Below, one piece after another: positions 63,405 to 64,000 of a stretch of 64,000 bases of DNA. Position 1 is the stretch's first letter, and each line of letters opens with the position of its first letter. Origin of the DNA: Eledone cirrhosa (Eukaryota); NCBI GenBank assembly GCA_964016885.1, contig OZ024740.1, positions 437,658,001 through 437,722,000 of the forward strand. The letters are read 5' to 3'. Both the position numbers and the translations under genes were made by a program. The notes below the pieces were generated by a model. That model saw nothing but the letters and a program-made list of their open reading frames with translations, did no database searches and was not told the origin of the DNA.

Positions 63405-64000
63405 ATTATTATTGCCCTTCAGGCTATAACAGAGGAGTTCAAGACAGGCTGCCCATGGGAACTCCTATACGCAGACGACCTGACACTCATAGCGGAATCA
63501 ATGGCCGAGCTAGAGAAGAAATTCCAAACATGGAAGCACGGCCTAGAGTCAAAAGGACTTAAAATTAACCTGGCTAAGACCAAAGTACTAGTTTGTAGGA
63601 AAGAAAACAAGGCGGCGGTCCCTTCTGGGAAATGGTCGTGCTCGGTGTGTAGGAAAGGCGTAGGTAGAAACTCCATTTTATGTCCTAAATGCAAAGTATG
63701 GGTGCATAAAAGATGTAGTGGGATCACAGGTAAGCTAACTAAGAACATAGATTTTACATGTGGCCGGTGCTCTGGTGCAATAAGTAGCAGCAAGTGCCCA
63801 CAAACTACTAGCTCTTTCAATTGCGCAGAGGGTTCTATAGAAATAGTGGACAGCTTCCGTTACCTGGGCGATAAAATCAGCAGTGGGGGAGGGTGCTCTG
63901 AAAGTACTGTAGCTAGAGTCAGAACTGGTTGGAAAAAGTTCAGAGAGCTTATACCACTATTAGCTGCTAAAGGGTTCTCACTAAAAATGAAAGGCAGGTT
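63405..64000 (+). mobile_element. RTE LINE family A, 5'-truncated copy running off the window edge
   Basis: Matches 29609-30203 (LYADD, zinc finger, FRYLG). Confidence 0.95.

Overview
This window is AT-rich, repeat-saturated eukaryotic DNA. It is probably an octopus/cephalopod genome, inferred from the CORE-type and Meta-type tRNA-derived SINEs, RTE LINEs and long (TA)n tracts. I found no host gene that I could support, and most ORF-track entries are microsatellite or minisatellite artefacts. The window holds at least three RTE-clade LINE families, including one near-intact APE-RT ORF (27544-30472) and one disrupted full-length copy. It also holds CRE-like and CR1-like fragments, several Penelope-like element (PLE) fragments with GIY-YIG domains, piggyBac-type MITEs, two SINE families and eight minisatellites. 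The main hidden signal is a dense set of type I hammerhead ribozyme (HHR) motifs: about 15 complete or degenerate copies plus half-copies, from roughly 10 unrelated sequence families, nearly all in or beside (TA)n tracts. The best candidate for an undescribed system is a non-coding 617-bp tandem array (32174-33792). Each unit carries, on the minus strand, a non-canonical hammerhead with a U3-A8 core (UUGAGAA) and enlarged stems II and III, so the array resembles a large retrozyme that could produce circular RNA. Inverted duplications in several PLE-type inserts break inside HHR stems. All RNA folds were read by eye and none has been computed or tested.
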